Shown here: positions 1 to 10,862 of the stretch, in pieces | Numbering within the stretch: the first letter of the stretch is position 1 | Layout of the letters: the number at the start of each line of letters is the position of its first letter | NCBI GenBank assembly: GCA_963755425.1 | Contig: CAVWJI010000004.1 | Location: 61,621 to 125,620 of the forward strand | Length of the DNA stretch: 64,000 nt | Source of the DNA: an uncultured Gemmatimonadales bacterium | GTDB taxonomy: Bacteria > Gemmatimonadota > Gemmatimonadetes > Gemmatimonadales > GWC2-71-9 | Reading direction: 5' to 3' | Made by a program: the position numbers and the translations under genes | Notes under the pieces: generated by a model | What the model was told of the DNA's origin: nothing | Database searches by the model: none | What the model saw: the letters and a program-made list of their open reading frames with translations, nothing else

Positions 1-56
1 TCGCGCTCGATGGTGTAGCGGTCGGCGAGGCTTGCCCTGAGGCGGTCGATCGTCAT
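1..56 (-). CDS. Ser/Thr protein kinase, N-terminal codons only (gene continues left of the window)
   Basis: Reverse complement of 1-56 translates as MTIDRLRASLADRYTIER. This is the same N-terminal signature as the full kinases in the window (xxDRYxIERELGxGGMATVY). Confidence 0.6.
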   Translation of the reverse strand, partial: MTIDRLRASLADRYTIER

Positions 57-353
57 GCCGATCCTCGAGCCAGAGAGCCGAGCGGGCTCCGTCGTGGGTC
101 AGGCGGACTGGCGTCGGGGGAAGCGGCTCCGGGAGCGGTTCGCCGCCCACATATTATACCTGTCATCGCGCAGTCCGGCTCCCTCGACCGGCGGCGCGAG
201 CCACACCGCCGGCTGGAGGAAGCCACCGTGACCAGGCACATCGGCGAAGAAGAGCCCGCCGCGGAGCCCTCGCGACGCCGCTTCATGCAGGAGGTCGCGC
301 TCGGCTCCGCCGCCGTGGTGCTCGGCGCCGGCCGGGCGCGGGCGTCGGCGGTC
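1..353. repeat. Left copy of a diverged direct duplication (kinase 5' end + divergent intergenic region + GH116 5' end)
   Basis: Aligns by eye with 3976-4328. Identical runs include a 22-mer (catattatacctgtcatcgcgc) and a 40-mer (tcgcgctcggctccgccgccgtggtgctcggcgccggccg). Confidence 0.8.
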
Positions 354-365
354 GCATGTATCGGT
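228..365 (+). pseudogene. Orphan 5' fragment of a GH116-type glycosidase gene (Tat-like signal peptide only)
   Basis: GTG start preceded by GGAGGAAG. It encodes ..EPSRRRFMQEVALGSAAVVLGAGRARASAV, matching the N-terminus of the 4203..7027 gene. Homology stops near 353, next to the vapC stop. Confidence 0.7.
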
Positions 366-380
366 CATGAACCGGGCACT

Positions 381-824
381 CTATGGCTCGGCTATCATGG
401 GATCGATGACCTCAAGGAACGGAAACCGGTGGAAATCGGTGTCGCGGGTACAGATCCGGTGGATGCCGTGCTCTCGCATGAGACCGGCGGTTTCGGCGTC
501 ATGCCAGATGTTGCCAGCGAGGCCGGGGACCTCGTCCACCAGACCCCCGAGCACCCCGCGATGGCGGTCGGTCGGCACCAGGAGGCCGAGCCCGGGCGCA
601 GCAGCAACCGCTTCGAGGAAATCATCCGCCGCGCGGGCGGACCAGGGATGACGGAGCACCCGGGGATGCGTCACCACCCGCAGAAATTCATAACAGATTC
701 CCCAGGTCAGGTACCATGCGGCGCTCCCCTGGCGCCACTGTCCGACCAGGGCACGGCACCGCGTGTGCTCCGGAGCGCTCGTGTCGGCGGCATACACCAG
801 GACATTGGTATCCACCACGAACAC
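381..824 (-). CDS. vapC: PIN-domain ribonuclease toxin VapC
   Basis: 147 aa starting MFVVDTNVLVYA, with the conserved acidic residues typical of PIN domains. The GTG start overlaps the antitoxin stop by 1 nt (TAGTG). Confidence 0.85.
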   Translation of the reverse strand: MFVVDTNVLVYAADTSAPEHTRCRALVGQWRQGSAAWYLTWGICYEFLRVVTHPRVLRHPWSARAADDFLEAVAAAPGLGLLVPTDRHRGVLGGLVDEVPGLAGNIWHDAETAGLMREHGIHRICTRDTDFHRFPFLEVIDPMIAEP

Positions 825-1051
825 TAGCGGCCTTCCATGGCGCGGTAGAGCGCGTCCCGGTCGGCAATGTCGACCGATGCTCCGCCGCTGTCGAAGGACG
901 GCAACGGCGGCAAGGGTTCGCGGTCACGTCGCGGCCGCAGCAGGTTGCGGAGCGCCGTCTCGACCAGCTCCGACATGGTGCTCCCCGTCCGGGCGGCCTC
1001 GCGGCGGAGGCGGGCCATCACCGTGTCGTCGATGTTGAGAGTCGTTTTCAT
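824..1051 (-). CDS. vapB: VapB-family antitoxin
   Basis: MKTTLNIDDTVMARLRREAARTGSTMSELVETALRNLL is the classic VapB antitoxin N-terminus. I chose the ATG at 1051; the ORF track starts further upstream at 1120. Confidence 0.75.
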   Translation of the reverse strand: MKTTLNIDDTVMARLRREAARTGSTMSELVETALRNLLRPRRDREPLPPLPSFDSGGASVDIADRDALYRAMEGR

Positions 1052-1116
1052 ATGGATAACCATATTGCAGATATGGGAATATGTCAAACTGGGTCCGTTC
1101 GGTTTCCGGCACGGTC

Positions 1117-1308
1117 TCACCTTGGTCGCGACGCGGCAGTCGGTGGTGATTGGGCGAACGGGCGCGGAACGGATGGGGCCGGACCGACCGTACGATCGTG
1201 CTTGCGGTCGTGGGCGAACCAGGCCGTGGCCATGCCGCCGGCGCCGAGTTCGCGCTCGATGCGGTACCGGCTGGTGAGGGCCGCGGTAGGGCGCTCGGCC
1301 TGGCTCAT
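1117..1308 (-). pseudogene. Ser/Thr kinase N-terminal fragment (about 40 homologous codons, then unrelated sequence)
   Basis: MSQAERPTAALTSRYRIERELGAGGMATAWFAHDRKHDR matches the kinase N-terminus and glycine loop. No catalytic core follows. Confidence 0.7.
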
Positions 1309-1370
1309 GCTGCCATTGTGCACCGTGCTCAACCTGGTGCAGTTGTTTGTGGGGGAGACATGAGGCATCG

Positions 1371-4030
1371 CTACTGTCCCTTCCCCGATCCGAGGCGCGA
1401 AGTCCACGCCGTCATCACCCGCACCTCGCGCAGCGGCGGTGACGGAACGTGCCGCTTGAACACGAACCGGTTGCCAGCCATGCCCACGGCGTAGTTGCGT
1501 CCGGGGAAGTCGGCAATGGTCGCGCTGAACAGCTTCTGTGGACTGCCGAACGGTGATGGACTCGAGGGGTCGTAGCTGATCGAATAGAACGTCTGCTCGG
1601 TGACCGCCTGCCCATTGATCGATCGTGACGCGTCGGTTGCCCCGATCAGGGCTGTCCCGCCGGCTTCGACGGCGAACATGGCGAAGTCCTGGGGAGCGAT
1701 CACGATCCGCCGGGCGCTGCCGTCGAGGGCCAACGCTTCCGGTGCGCCATTGGAACTCTCGCCGAGCTCCAGGATCCATCGGCCGTCTCCCGTCGGCGTG
1801 TAGATCGACGTCGCCGACACGCCCACGGCGCTGCCGAGGCGTTGTCCGTCGTGAACCACCCACACCGAATCGCCGGTCTTCGCGAGGTAGTTCCCGCTGT
1901 CCGACAGCGCAAACACCATGTTGCTGATGGCCGTGCCGGGCGGGAGCAACCTCGATGCGGTATTCTGATCCGGGTTACCGATGAACCCGGTATCGCCACG
2001 GGTATAGACGATCTGCCGTCCGTCGGTGGTCCACGACGGGTTTCCCAGCGAACGACCGGCCAGCCAGGGCGTCACCTTTCCGGTGGCCACGTCGATGATC
2101 TCGATCCGGTCGCCGCCGCCCGTGCTCACGTGGACGGCGAGGCGACGGCCGTCGGGGCTGAGCGCGAGACCATCGTAGTCGTCGGGGGGCGCCGGGATGG
2201 TGTCGATCCGCCCCGAGCGATCGGCGCGCAGCAGGATTCCGACGTCGGCGACATCGCCGGGGGCGTAGGCCAGCACGCCGGATGCGCTGACCGCGAACTG
2301 TGCCCCGCCTCGACCGGTCTCGACCCGGACACTGTCCGCGATCGCGACGGCCGGACCGGTCACGCGAAACCGGACAGCGTCGAACGGGGCAGCGTACAGG
2401 CGTCCGTCGAGCGTTGCGTACACGAGATGACCGTCGCCGTCCACGTCGCCCGCGACGGCCTGGAGCACCTCCTCGCCTCCGCTCGCTGCCGGCTGCATGA
2501 CGACCGAGCTCTTGCCGGTCTCCACGTCGATCACCCAGAGCGCGCCTCGGCTGCTGGCCAGCACGTGTCGTCCGTCCGACAACGCCTTCGGGAAGCCGCA
2601 CTCGGTCACGCAGGTGATGGTCCGCACGGAGTCGCCGGCCGGCGTGAGGACGAGCAGGTGGCCGGCGAAGCTCTCCGAGAGGACCACGCGCCCGTCGGCC
2701 ATCGCGGTGCCGCCCCACGCCTCTCCCGCGAACCGGGCTGGCGGAGGTCGGCGCACCAGTGTCACGTGGCCGTCGGCCAGCGTGATCCGCATGAGACCCT
2801 GCGGCCCGAAGAAGTACACCATGTCGCCCGACGCCGAGAAGAACGGTGCTTCCGCGCCGGCGGTGCCGTCGAGTGGGCGCGGATCGAACTGCGACAATGT
2901 CCGCAGGTACAGCTGCGACCCGTCACCGCGGCGGGCGACGAAGACGAGTTGTCGCCCGTCGGGTGACAGCGCCAGCGTTTCCGTTCCCTCCGACATCTGA
3001 AGTTCCGGCGCCAGTTCCAGCGAGTCGGGAAGCAGCACGCTGGTGCTCAGGGCCGCTTCGGCATGGCCTGGTGCGCGGCCGGCTCGGCCAAGCAGCCAGC
3101 CACCGGCCAGCCCTGCGGCGGCGAGGAGGAGACCGGCCGCCGCCAGGAGGCGCCGGCGTCCCGCCGTGCCCGAGGCCATCGTGGAAGCCGCGGTGTTGAA
3201 CGACGGATTGCCCAGCGCCTCGGCAAATTCCTTCGCGGTGGCAAACCGATCCGCCGGCAGCTTCTCCAGCGCCTTGGCCACCGCCGCCGCGACATTCGGC
3301 GGCACGCTCTTCCTGAACTTCGTGACCGGTTGCTGCGTCCTCGGCCACGATCTTCATGATGACCTGCTGCGCCGAGGCGCCGGTGTGTGGCGGCTCGCCG
3401 GCGAGCATTTCGTAGAGCACGCTGCGCCAGTGAATAGATGTCGCTCCGCCCGGTGATCTCCTTGTCGGCGGTCGCCTGCTCGGGGCTCATGTAGTGCGGC
3501 GTGCCGAGACAGAGCCCGGTCTCGGTCATCCGTCCGCCGGCGGCGGCACTCACCGCCAGCGCGATCCCGAAGTCCATCACCATCGGGCGGCCGTCGTGCA
3601 GCAGGATGTTCTCGGGCTTGATGTCGCGGTGGATCACGCCGTGGCGGTGGGCGTAGTCGAGCGCGTCGGCGACCTCGGTGGTGATCCTCACGGCCTCGTC
3701 GATGCCGAACTGCGTCTCGCGGTTGAGCTTCTCGCGGACCGTCTCGCCCTCGATGTAGGGCATGACGTAGTAGAGCTGGCCGTCGGCGGAACCGGAGTCA
3801 AACAGCGGCAGGATGTGCGGATGACTCAGCGCCGCGGTGGTCTTGATCTCCTGCACGAACCGCTCGGCGCCGAGGACCGCGGCGAGTTCGGGCTTGAGGA
3901 CCTTGATGGCGACCTGGCGGTCGTGCTTGAGGTCGTGCGCGAGGTAGACGGTGGCCATGCCGCCGGCGCCGAGTTCGCGCTCGATGGTGTAGCGGTCGGA
4001 CAATGCCACCCTGAGGCGGTCGATGGTCAT
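1371..4030 (-). pseudogene. Ser/Thr kinase - TM - TolB-like (PD40) beta-propeller, broken by two frameshifts (or assembly indels)
   Basis: The kinase domain (HRDIKPENILL, DFG, SPEQ) lies in frame 4030->~3428. Residues VLYEMLAGEPPH..KIVAEDAA lie in a second frame. From ~3331 a third frame carries PVTKFRKSVPPNV.., the TM segment and SPDG repeats. The intact paralog 16738..19461 reads straight through both junctions. Confidence 0.85.
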
Positions 4031-4328
4031 GCCGCGATCCTCGAGCAAAAGGGCCGAACGGGCTCGGTCGTGCATCAAGCGGATCGGTTGCCGGGGAGAC
4101 GGCACCGGGAGCGGTCGGCCGCCCTCATATTATACCTGTCATCGCGCTCTCCGGCTCCCTCGTCCGACGGCGCGGGCCCACCGCAGGCTGGAGGAAGAGA
4201 CCATGACCAAGCGCACCGACGAAGACGAACTCGCCACAGAACCTTCCCGACGCCGCTTCATGCAGGAAATCGCGCTCGGCTCCGCCGCCGTGGTGCTCGG
4301 CGCCGGCCGCGCGCGGGCGTCGGCAGTC
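3976..4328. repeat. Right copy of the diverged direct duplication (see 1-353)
   Basis: Covers the 5' end of kinase 1371..4030, the divergent intergenic region and the first ~42 codons of GH116. Confidence 0.8.
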
Positions 4329-7027
4329 ACCGAAACCGGGCTCGCGGTCGATGCCCCGTCACAGGCGCCGGAACCGGTGGCCGTGGCACCCGTGCCGGCG
4401 CGGGCCAGGACGTTCCCCGTCGCGGCCATCAGCGGCGTGCCGCTGGGCGGCATCGGCACCGGATCGGTCGAGGTCCGCTCCGACGGCTACTTCCACGAGT
4501 GGATGATCTTCAACCTGGGGCCGTGGGCACAGTCCGGAAGCCGGATCCAACTCGGCACGCCGCCCCAGATGGATCCGGGTGCGCTGGCGTTCTTCCTTCG
4601 CACCGAGTCGCAAGGCGAGGCGCCGATCGTGCGCCGGCTCGGCACGCGCGGCGACCAGGACGAGCTGTATTCGCTGAGCTGGTGCAAGAACGTCGAGTCG
4701 ATCGAACATGACGCCGCGTTTCCGTCGGTCACGCTCAAGTACATCGATTCGACGCTGCCGGTGCAGGTGTCTGCACTGATGTTCTCACCGTTCCTCCCCC
4801 ACGACGCGCGCACCAGCGGCACGCCGGGGTTCAACGCCGCGTTCACGGTCAGGAACACGAGTCGCAAGAAGGTCACGATTGCGTTGATGGCGAAGCTCAC
4901 CAACCCGCTGGCGTGGGGGGCAGCAGACCGCGCGCTCACGCTCGACGTGACGCGGGACGGCCCGGCGACATTTCTCACCATGCGCACCGATGCCGACATG
5001 GCGCAACCGTCGACGGTCGGCAGTCTCGGTCTCTCGGTCACCGGCGGTGAGGCGAGCTGGATTGCCGGAGATTTTTCGCAATACGTCAGCAACGGCTTCT
5101 GGGGCGGGATCTACGCGTCGTTCCTCAACGAGTTCCGCGCCAACGGACGCCTGCCCAGCCTCGATCCGCAATCGACGCCGGCGGCACTGCTGCAGCTCAC
5201 CGACGACCAGATCACCGCGTTGCCGCTCGGCCGAGAAGCAGGCGATCGCGAAGCAGCTCCGCGGCTACGCGTCGTTCGCGGCCCTGTACGCGGCGTTTCA
5301 ACGGGTCGAAGGCGCCGGCATCGACAGTGACGCGGCCCTCGGGCGCTATCTGATGCAGGCGCGGCGTTGGCTCGACAGTCTCGCCGGCCGCGACCGGAAG
5401 CGGGCGCGGTGGGGCGACGCGGCGCTAGCGTCGACGGTTGATCTCGCTCCGGGAGAGGAGCGTGACATCCGGTTCACGCTGGGATGGTACTTCCCGCATC
5501 ACCTCAGTCCCCTCGGTTCCGACATGGGGCACGCCTACGAGGCGTGGTTCAAGGATGCCGAGGACGTCAACCGGTACCTGGCGGCGAACTACACGCACGC
5601 ATCGCGACGCCACGCTGGGTTTCTCCAGTGCGTTGGCCAACACCACGCTGGGCCCGGAGCTGGGCGAGGCATGGTCCGCGCAGCTCAGCACGCTGGCCAA
5701 GTGCACCTGGTGGAACCGCGACGGCGAGTTCGCGGTGTGGGAAGGACTCGGCTGCTGCGGCTTCCAGACGATGGACGTGTCGTATCAGGGGTCGGGGAGC
5801 ATCATGGCGCTCTTTCCCGAATTGCAACAGCGCCAGATGGAGATGAGTGCCAGGTTCCAGCGCGACGACGGCCGGGTGCCGCACTTCTTCACGCCGGATC
5901 TTTCTCGTGTCGACAGCTCGTTCGCCCGCGTCGACATGAATCCGCAGTTCGTGTTGATGGTCTGCCGCGACTGGCTCTGGCGCGGCGACAAGGACTACCT
6001 TGGCACGATGTGGCCGCACGTGCAGCGCGCCATCGAGAACACCGCGCTGCTCGACACCGACGGCGACGGACTGCCCGACAAGGACACCCGGCTCAACACC
6101 TACGACAACTGGGACTTCTTCGGCACCCCGGCCTACATCTCCAGTCTCTGGCTGGCGGGTCTCAAGGCGGGGGTTCACCTCGCCGAGGCGGTGAACGACA
6201 CGGCGACGGCGGAGAAGTGGCGCGCGACGCTGCGTTTGGGGGCGACGTCGTTCGACAAGCTGCTCTGGAACGGCGAGTACTACAGTCTGTGGGTGGACGG
6301 CCCGCGGCGCGACGAGTGCTGCATGAGCGATCAGCTTTCGGGCGAGTGGTACACGCAACTGATGGGCCTGGGTCAGGGCCTGCCGCGGGAACGGATCGTG
6401 GCGGCACTGCAGGCGATCGTGCGTCACAACTTCTCGCCCGAGCAGGGGTTGATCAACGCGTCGTATCCGGCCAACGCGCAGCCGCGCTTCCCGACCTTTG
6501 AGAATCCGCAGGCGGCGGGGAACTGGACCGGGATCGAATACGCCTTCGCGTCGATGCTGTTCGAGTTCGGGCTGGTGGAAGACGCGGTGGCGCTGGTGCG
6601 TGCGGTGGGCGATCGCTACGCGCGCGCCGGCCGGATCTGGAATCACGTCGAGTGCGGCGATCATTACTATCGCGCGATGTGCAGCTGGACCACGCTGCTG
6701 GGGGCGACGGGATTCAAGGTCGACATGCCGGCGGGCGTGCTCACCGTCGCACCGGTGATCAAGGTGGCCGATGTGAAGGCGCCGTGGGTGGCCGCCACGG
6801 CGTGGGGCGAGATGGAACAGAGCGGGCGTCGGCTCTCGCTCGACTGCCGCACCGGAGCGATCACTTTCAGGCAGCTGCGGGTGAATCTTGCCGGGCGGTC
6901 CTTGCGGGCACAGCTCGCCGGGCGGGGCGTGGCGTGCACGACGACGGAAGAGAACGGTTACCGGGTGCTGACCTTCGCCTCGCCGGTGACGCTCGCTGCG
7001 GGACAGGCGCTGGTGGTATCGGCGTAG
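4203..7027 (+). pseudogene. Exported GH116-family beta-glucosidase / glucosylceramidase-like protein, two frameshifts (or assembly indels)
   Basis: Tat-like signal SRRRFMQEIALGSAAVVLGAG. The N-terminal GBA2-type region (GGIGTGSVEVRSDGYFHEWMIFN) and the (alpha/alpha)6 catalytic region (TYDNWDFFG.., EYAFASMLFEFG) are both present. The reading frame changes near 5234 and 5600. Confidence 0.8.
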
Positions 7028-7036
7028 GGGCGCCCA

Positions 7037-7978
7037 TCAGCCGACGTCGTCCGTTCCCTCGTTGATGCCTTCGAAAAGGTACGTGGAGAGATAGCGCTCG
7101 CCGGTGTCGGGGAGCATCGCCAGCACGACCGTCCCTTCGGGTGACCGTTCGGCGACCCGTCTCGCCGCCGCGAACGTCCCGCCCGACGAAACTCCGCAGA
7201 AGATCCCTTCCTGCGTGGCCAGGCTGCGTGCCGCGTCGCGGGCCTCCAGGTCGCTGACCTTGACGATCTCGTCGGCGATCGTCCGGTCGAGTACTTCCGG
7301 AACGAAGTCCGGCGTCCATCCCTGGATCTTGTGCGGATTCCACGCGTCGCCCGACAGCAGCGCCGCCACGTCCGGTTCGGCCACGACAATCCGGATATCG
7401 GGGCGGGCAGCCTTGAGCATTTCGCCGGCTCCGGTGAGAGTGCCGCCGGTGCCCCAGCCGGTAACCCATACATCGAGCCGCTGTGCGGCGAAATCGCGCA
7501 GGATCTCGGGTCCGGTCGTCTGGCGATGATAGGCGGGATTGGCCGGATTCTCGAATTGGCGCGCCAGGAACCAGCCGTGTTGCGCGGCGAGTTCGGCGGC
7601 CTTCCGCACCATGCCGGTGCCTTTCTCGGCGGCCGGGGTGAGCACCACCCTGGCGCCTAGGAATCGCATCAGCTTGCGGCGTTCCACCGAGAAGCTCTCG
7701 GCCATCACCGCCACGAACGGATAGCCCTTGACCGCGCAGACCATCGCCAGCGCAATGCCGGTGTTGCCCGATGTCGCCTCGACCACGGTCTGCCCGGGCC
7801 GGAGCGTGCCGCGCTGTTCGGCGTCAGTGATGATGGCGAACGCAAGCCGGTCCTTGACGGACGACATCGGATTGAATGCCTCGCACTTCACATACATGGT
7901 GGTGTGCGACGGCGCGAGCGTGTTGATGCGGACGATCGGCGTGCTGCCGATGGTGCCGAGTATCGAGTCATGAATCAT
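7037..7978 (-). CDS. cysK: Cysteine synthase A (O-acetylserine sulfhydrylase)
   Basis: 313 aa with the PLP-lysine motif (NPMSSVKDR), TSGNTG, and the GTGGT loop of the CysK/CysM family. Confidence 0.9.
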   Translation of the reverse strand: MIHDSILGTIGSTPIVRINTLAPSHTTMYVKCEAFNPMSSVKDRLAFAIITDAEQRGTLRPGQTVVEATSGNTGIALAMVCAVKGYPFVAVMAESFSVERRKLMRFLGARVVLTPAAEKGTGMVRKAAELAAQHGWFLARQFENPANPAYHRQTTGPEILRDFAAQRLDVWVTGWGTGGTLTGAGEMLKAARPDIRIVVAEPDVAALLSGDAWNPHKIQGWTPDFVPEVLDRTIADEIVKVSDLEARDAARSLATQEGIFCGVSSGGTFAAARRVAERSPEGTVVLAMLPDTGERYLSTYLFEGINEGTDDVG

Positions 7979-8000
7979 GGCAGTTCCACCGTGGTGCGAG

Positions 8001-8039
8001 GTTCATCCAACGGAATGAACGTTACCAGGGCAGGTAACG
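8001..8039 (-). terminator. Two adjacent short hairpins downstream of kinase 8063..10722
   Basis: gttcat-N8-atgaac (8001-8020) and cgttacc-N6-ggtaacg (8020-8039). They lie between the kinase stop and the cysK start. Confidence 0.35.
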
Positions 8040-8062
8040 GATGGGTTACGAGGCAGCCCGGT

Positions 8063-10722
8063 TCAGGGCGTCAGCTTCGCACGCAGGTCGGCGAACCAAT
8101 TGTCGACCTCGACCAGGCGGATCGGCTCGCCCGCGACCGGTCCGATCGGGCCGAGGAAGACGAATTGTCCGTCCTTCGTCACCTCGAAAGCCTGGTGAAA
8201 GTCTGAGTACGAGAAGCGGGTCGCGTCGAAAAGCGGCTTGAGTGCGGTCACATTGAACGCCGGGCCGGCTCCGAGCTGCGCTGCGATCAGGTGGTTTGCC
8301 GGGTCGATGAAGTACAGTTCCTTCCCGTCTGGCGACCAGACTGGCGAGCCGCCGCCGCCGTTGGAGACCTGCCAGCGCCCAGCCTCGGCGTTCGGGAACG
8401 GACGGACGTAAACCTCATTGGTGACCGCCTCGTTCGAGACGTACGCCACCCATCGCCCATCGGGAGAAAGCGCCGGCTGCAACTCGGTATAGCTGCTGGT
8501 CGCCAATGGCACGGTGCTGGTATCGCCCGAGGTACTCACGGCGAGGATATCGCCGTTCCCCGCGGCCCCGGTCTCGGTGCGTACCACGATCCAGTGGCCA
8601 TCGTGCGACCATTCGACTTCCTGAATCGGCCGGCCGATGTGAGCCAGACGGCGTTCCTTGCCGCTGCCGTCGACCGCGCGGGCGTAGACATCGCCGCCAC
8701 TGCCGCTGTCCCGAACGAACGCGATTTCGTGGCCGTCGGGTGACCAGGTGGGGCGGCGGTCGCGTCCGCTGAAGGTGATCCGGAGGAAGGGACCGCGATC
8801 GAGCTGCTTGACCCAGATGTCGAGCCCCCCGCCAGGCGTGCTGACCCCGACCGCGACGCGTTGTCCATCGGGGGAAAGCGAAAAGGAATTGAACTGGCCG
8901 GTCCACGAGGGATCATAGACGGTCACCTTGCCGGTGCGATCGGCACGCTGCAGCGCGACGATGTCGTTGCCAGCAAGGCCGTTGCCGTATACCAGCGCGC
9001 CGGACGGCGACCATGCCAGGTCTGCTATCGCCAGGTTCAATCCGACACCCTGCAGGACCGGGATGGCGGCGCCATGCGTCTCCAGCGTACCGAGGTCGAA
9101 CGGAACGGCCAGCGCCACGCCGTCACGTCGCACATACAGCAACTGCCCGGTCGGGAGATACCACCCCATGGCGACGTCCTTGACGACGAGCTTCTCGCGA
9201 TGCGTCCTGAAATCGAGGACATGGAGCTCCATCGTCACGCAGCCGGACGCGCAGACTTCGAAAAGGATGCCCCGTGCGCGCGGCAGCGGCGTCGGCAGTA
9301 GCGGCGCGAGTCCCTTGAACACCGAATCGGCAATGAGCACGCTGACCGACCCTCCCGACGCGCTTACGCGGCGGAGCCCGAGCAGCGACCTCGCCGGATA
9401 GACCAGGGTGCCGTCGTCGAGCCACGCCAGGCCGAATCCATTACCCGCCGAGTCGGCGACGGTGATGCTCGCGCCGCCATCGGCGCGCACCTTCTTGACG
9501 TGATTGTCGGCGACATACGCGATCCACTCGCCGTCAGGCGAAAACACGGGGCTGCTGGCGCCGTCGGTACCGGGGAGGAGCACCGGTTCGAGGGTATCGC
9601 GACGCTTGATCCAGATCCGGCCCAGCGTGTCGCCGATGAAGGCGAGGCGGCTTCCGTCGGGCGAGAGTGCCAGTGGCGGCCCCAGCGAGACCAGCGTCTG
9701 GAGCTGCGCGCTGTCGCCGAGCGAGAGATAGTGCCGGTCGATCGGTCGCTCGGCGGCGGTGCGTGCGCGAATCCACTGCCACCCGCCGAACGCGACCGCC
9801 GTCAACGCGAGCAGCCACGGCGCCACCGCCACCCATCGGCGTCCTGAAACAGCTGACATCGGCGCGGTGGATCGGCGTGCCGTCGTCATGCGTGCATCGG
9901 AAAGCGCGGTGGCAAACTCCGCCGCCGACGCGAACCGGTCGGCGGGAAGCTTCTGGAGTGCCTGCAGGATCGCCGCTTCGACGTGCGGCGGGATCGTCTT
10001 CCGCTGCACGGACAGCGAGCGCGGCTCCTCTGTCATGACGCCGGGCGATGATCGCCTGCGCCGTGGGGCCGTTGAACGGCGGGCTCGCCGACCATCATTT
10101 CGTACGCGATGCAGCCAAGCGCGTAGACGTCGCTGCGGGCGGTGATCTCCCGTTCGCCCATCGCCTGCTCGGGCGACATGTAATGCGGCGTGCCGAGGCT
10201 CATGCCGGTCTCGGTCATTCGGGTGCCGGCGGTGCTGGCGGCGAGGGCGATGCCGAAGTCGGCGACCAGGGCGCTGCCGTCGTGCAGCAGGATGTTCTCG
10301 GGCTTGATGTCGCGGTGGATCACGCCGTGGCGGTGGGCGTAGTCGAGCGCGCTGGCGGCTTCGGTCGCGATGCGGATGGCGTCGGGAATCGGCAGCTGCT
10401 TCTCGCGCTGCAGCCGGTCGCGCAGCGATTCCCCCTCGACGAACGGCATCGCGTACCAGAGCAGCCCCTCGGCACTGCCCGAGTCGATCAGTCCCAGGAT
10501 ATGCGGGTGCTGCAGGTTGGCGGTGGTCTTGATCTCCTTGAGGAACCGCTCCGCGCCGATGACGGCGGCGAGCTCGGGGCGCAGGACCTTGATGGCGACC
10601 TTGCGGTCGTGCCTCAGATCGTGCGCGAGGTAGACCGTGGCCATGCCGCCGCGCCCGAGCTCGCCTTGAATCGCGTAGCGATCGGCCAGTGCGATCCGGA
10701 TGGAGTCGATCGGATCCGTCAC
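8063..10722 (-). pseudogene. Ser/Thr kinase - TM - TolB-like beta-propeller, frameshifted between kinase subdomains X and XI
   Basis: The kinase domain MTDPIDSIRIALADRYAIQGELGRGGMATVY..HRDIKPENILL is in frame from 10722. The frame is lost around 10040-10078, where GEPAVQRPHG appears instead of the expected GEPPFNGPTAQAII. The downstream frame carries MTEEPRSLSVQRKTIPPHV.., a TM segment and many SPDG repeats. Confidence 0.85.
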
Positions 10723-10807
10723 AACGTCTGCATGTCAGGGCCTGCCGATCGAACAAGGAAGGACGTTAGTGATACAAATATCGTTGTCCGGCCCGCAGGG
10801 TACCAGC

Positions 10808-10830
10808 GGCGAGCGTTCCGGACGCTCGCC
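10808..10830 (-). terminator. GC-rich hairpin downstream of kinase 10863..13184
   Basis: ggcgagcg-ttccgga-cgctcgcc, an 8-bp perfect stem. Confidence 0.45.
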
Positions 10831-10862
10831 GACCGCGGCGCATGTCGGCGGGGCTGTTGCAT

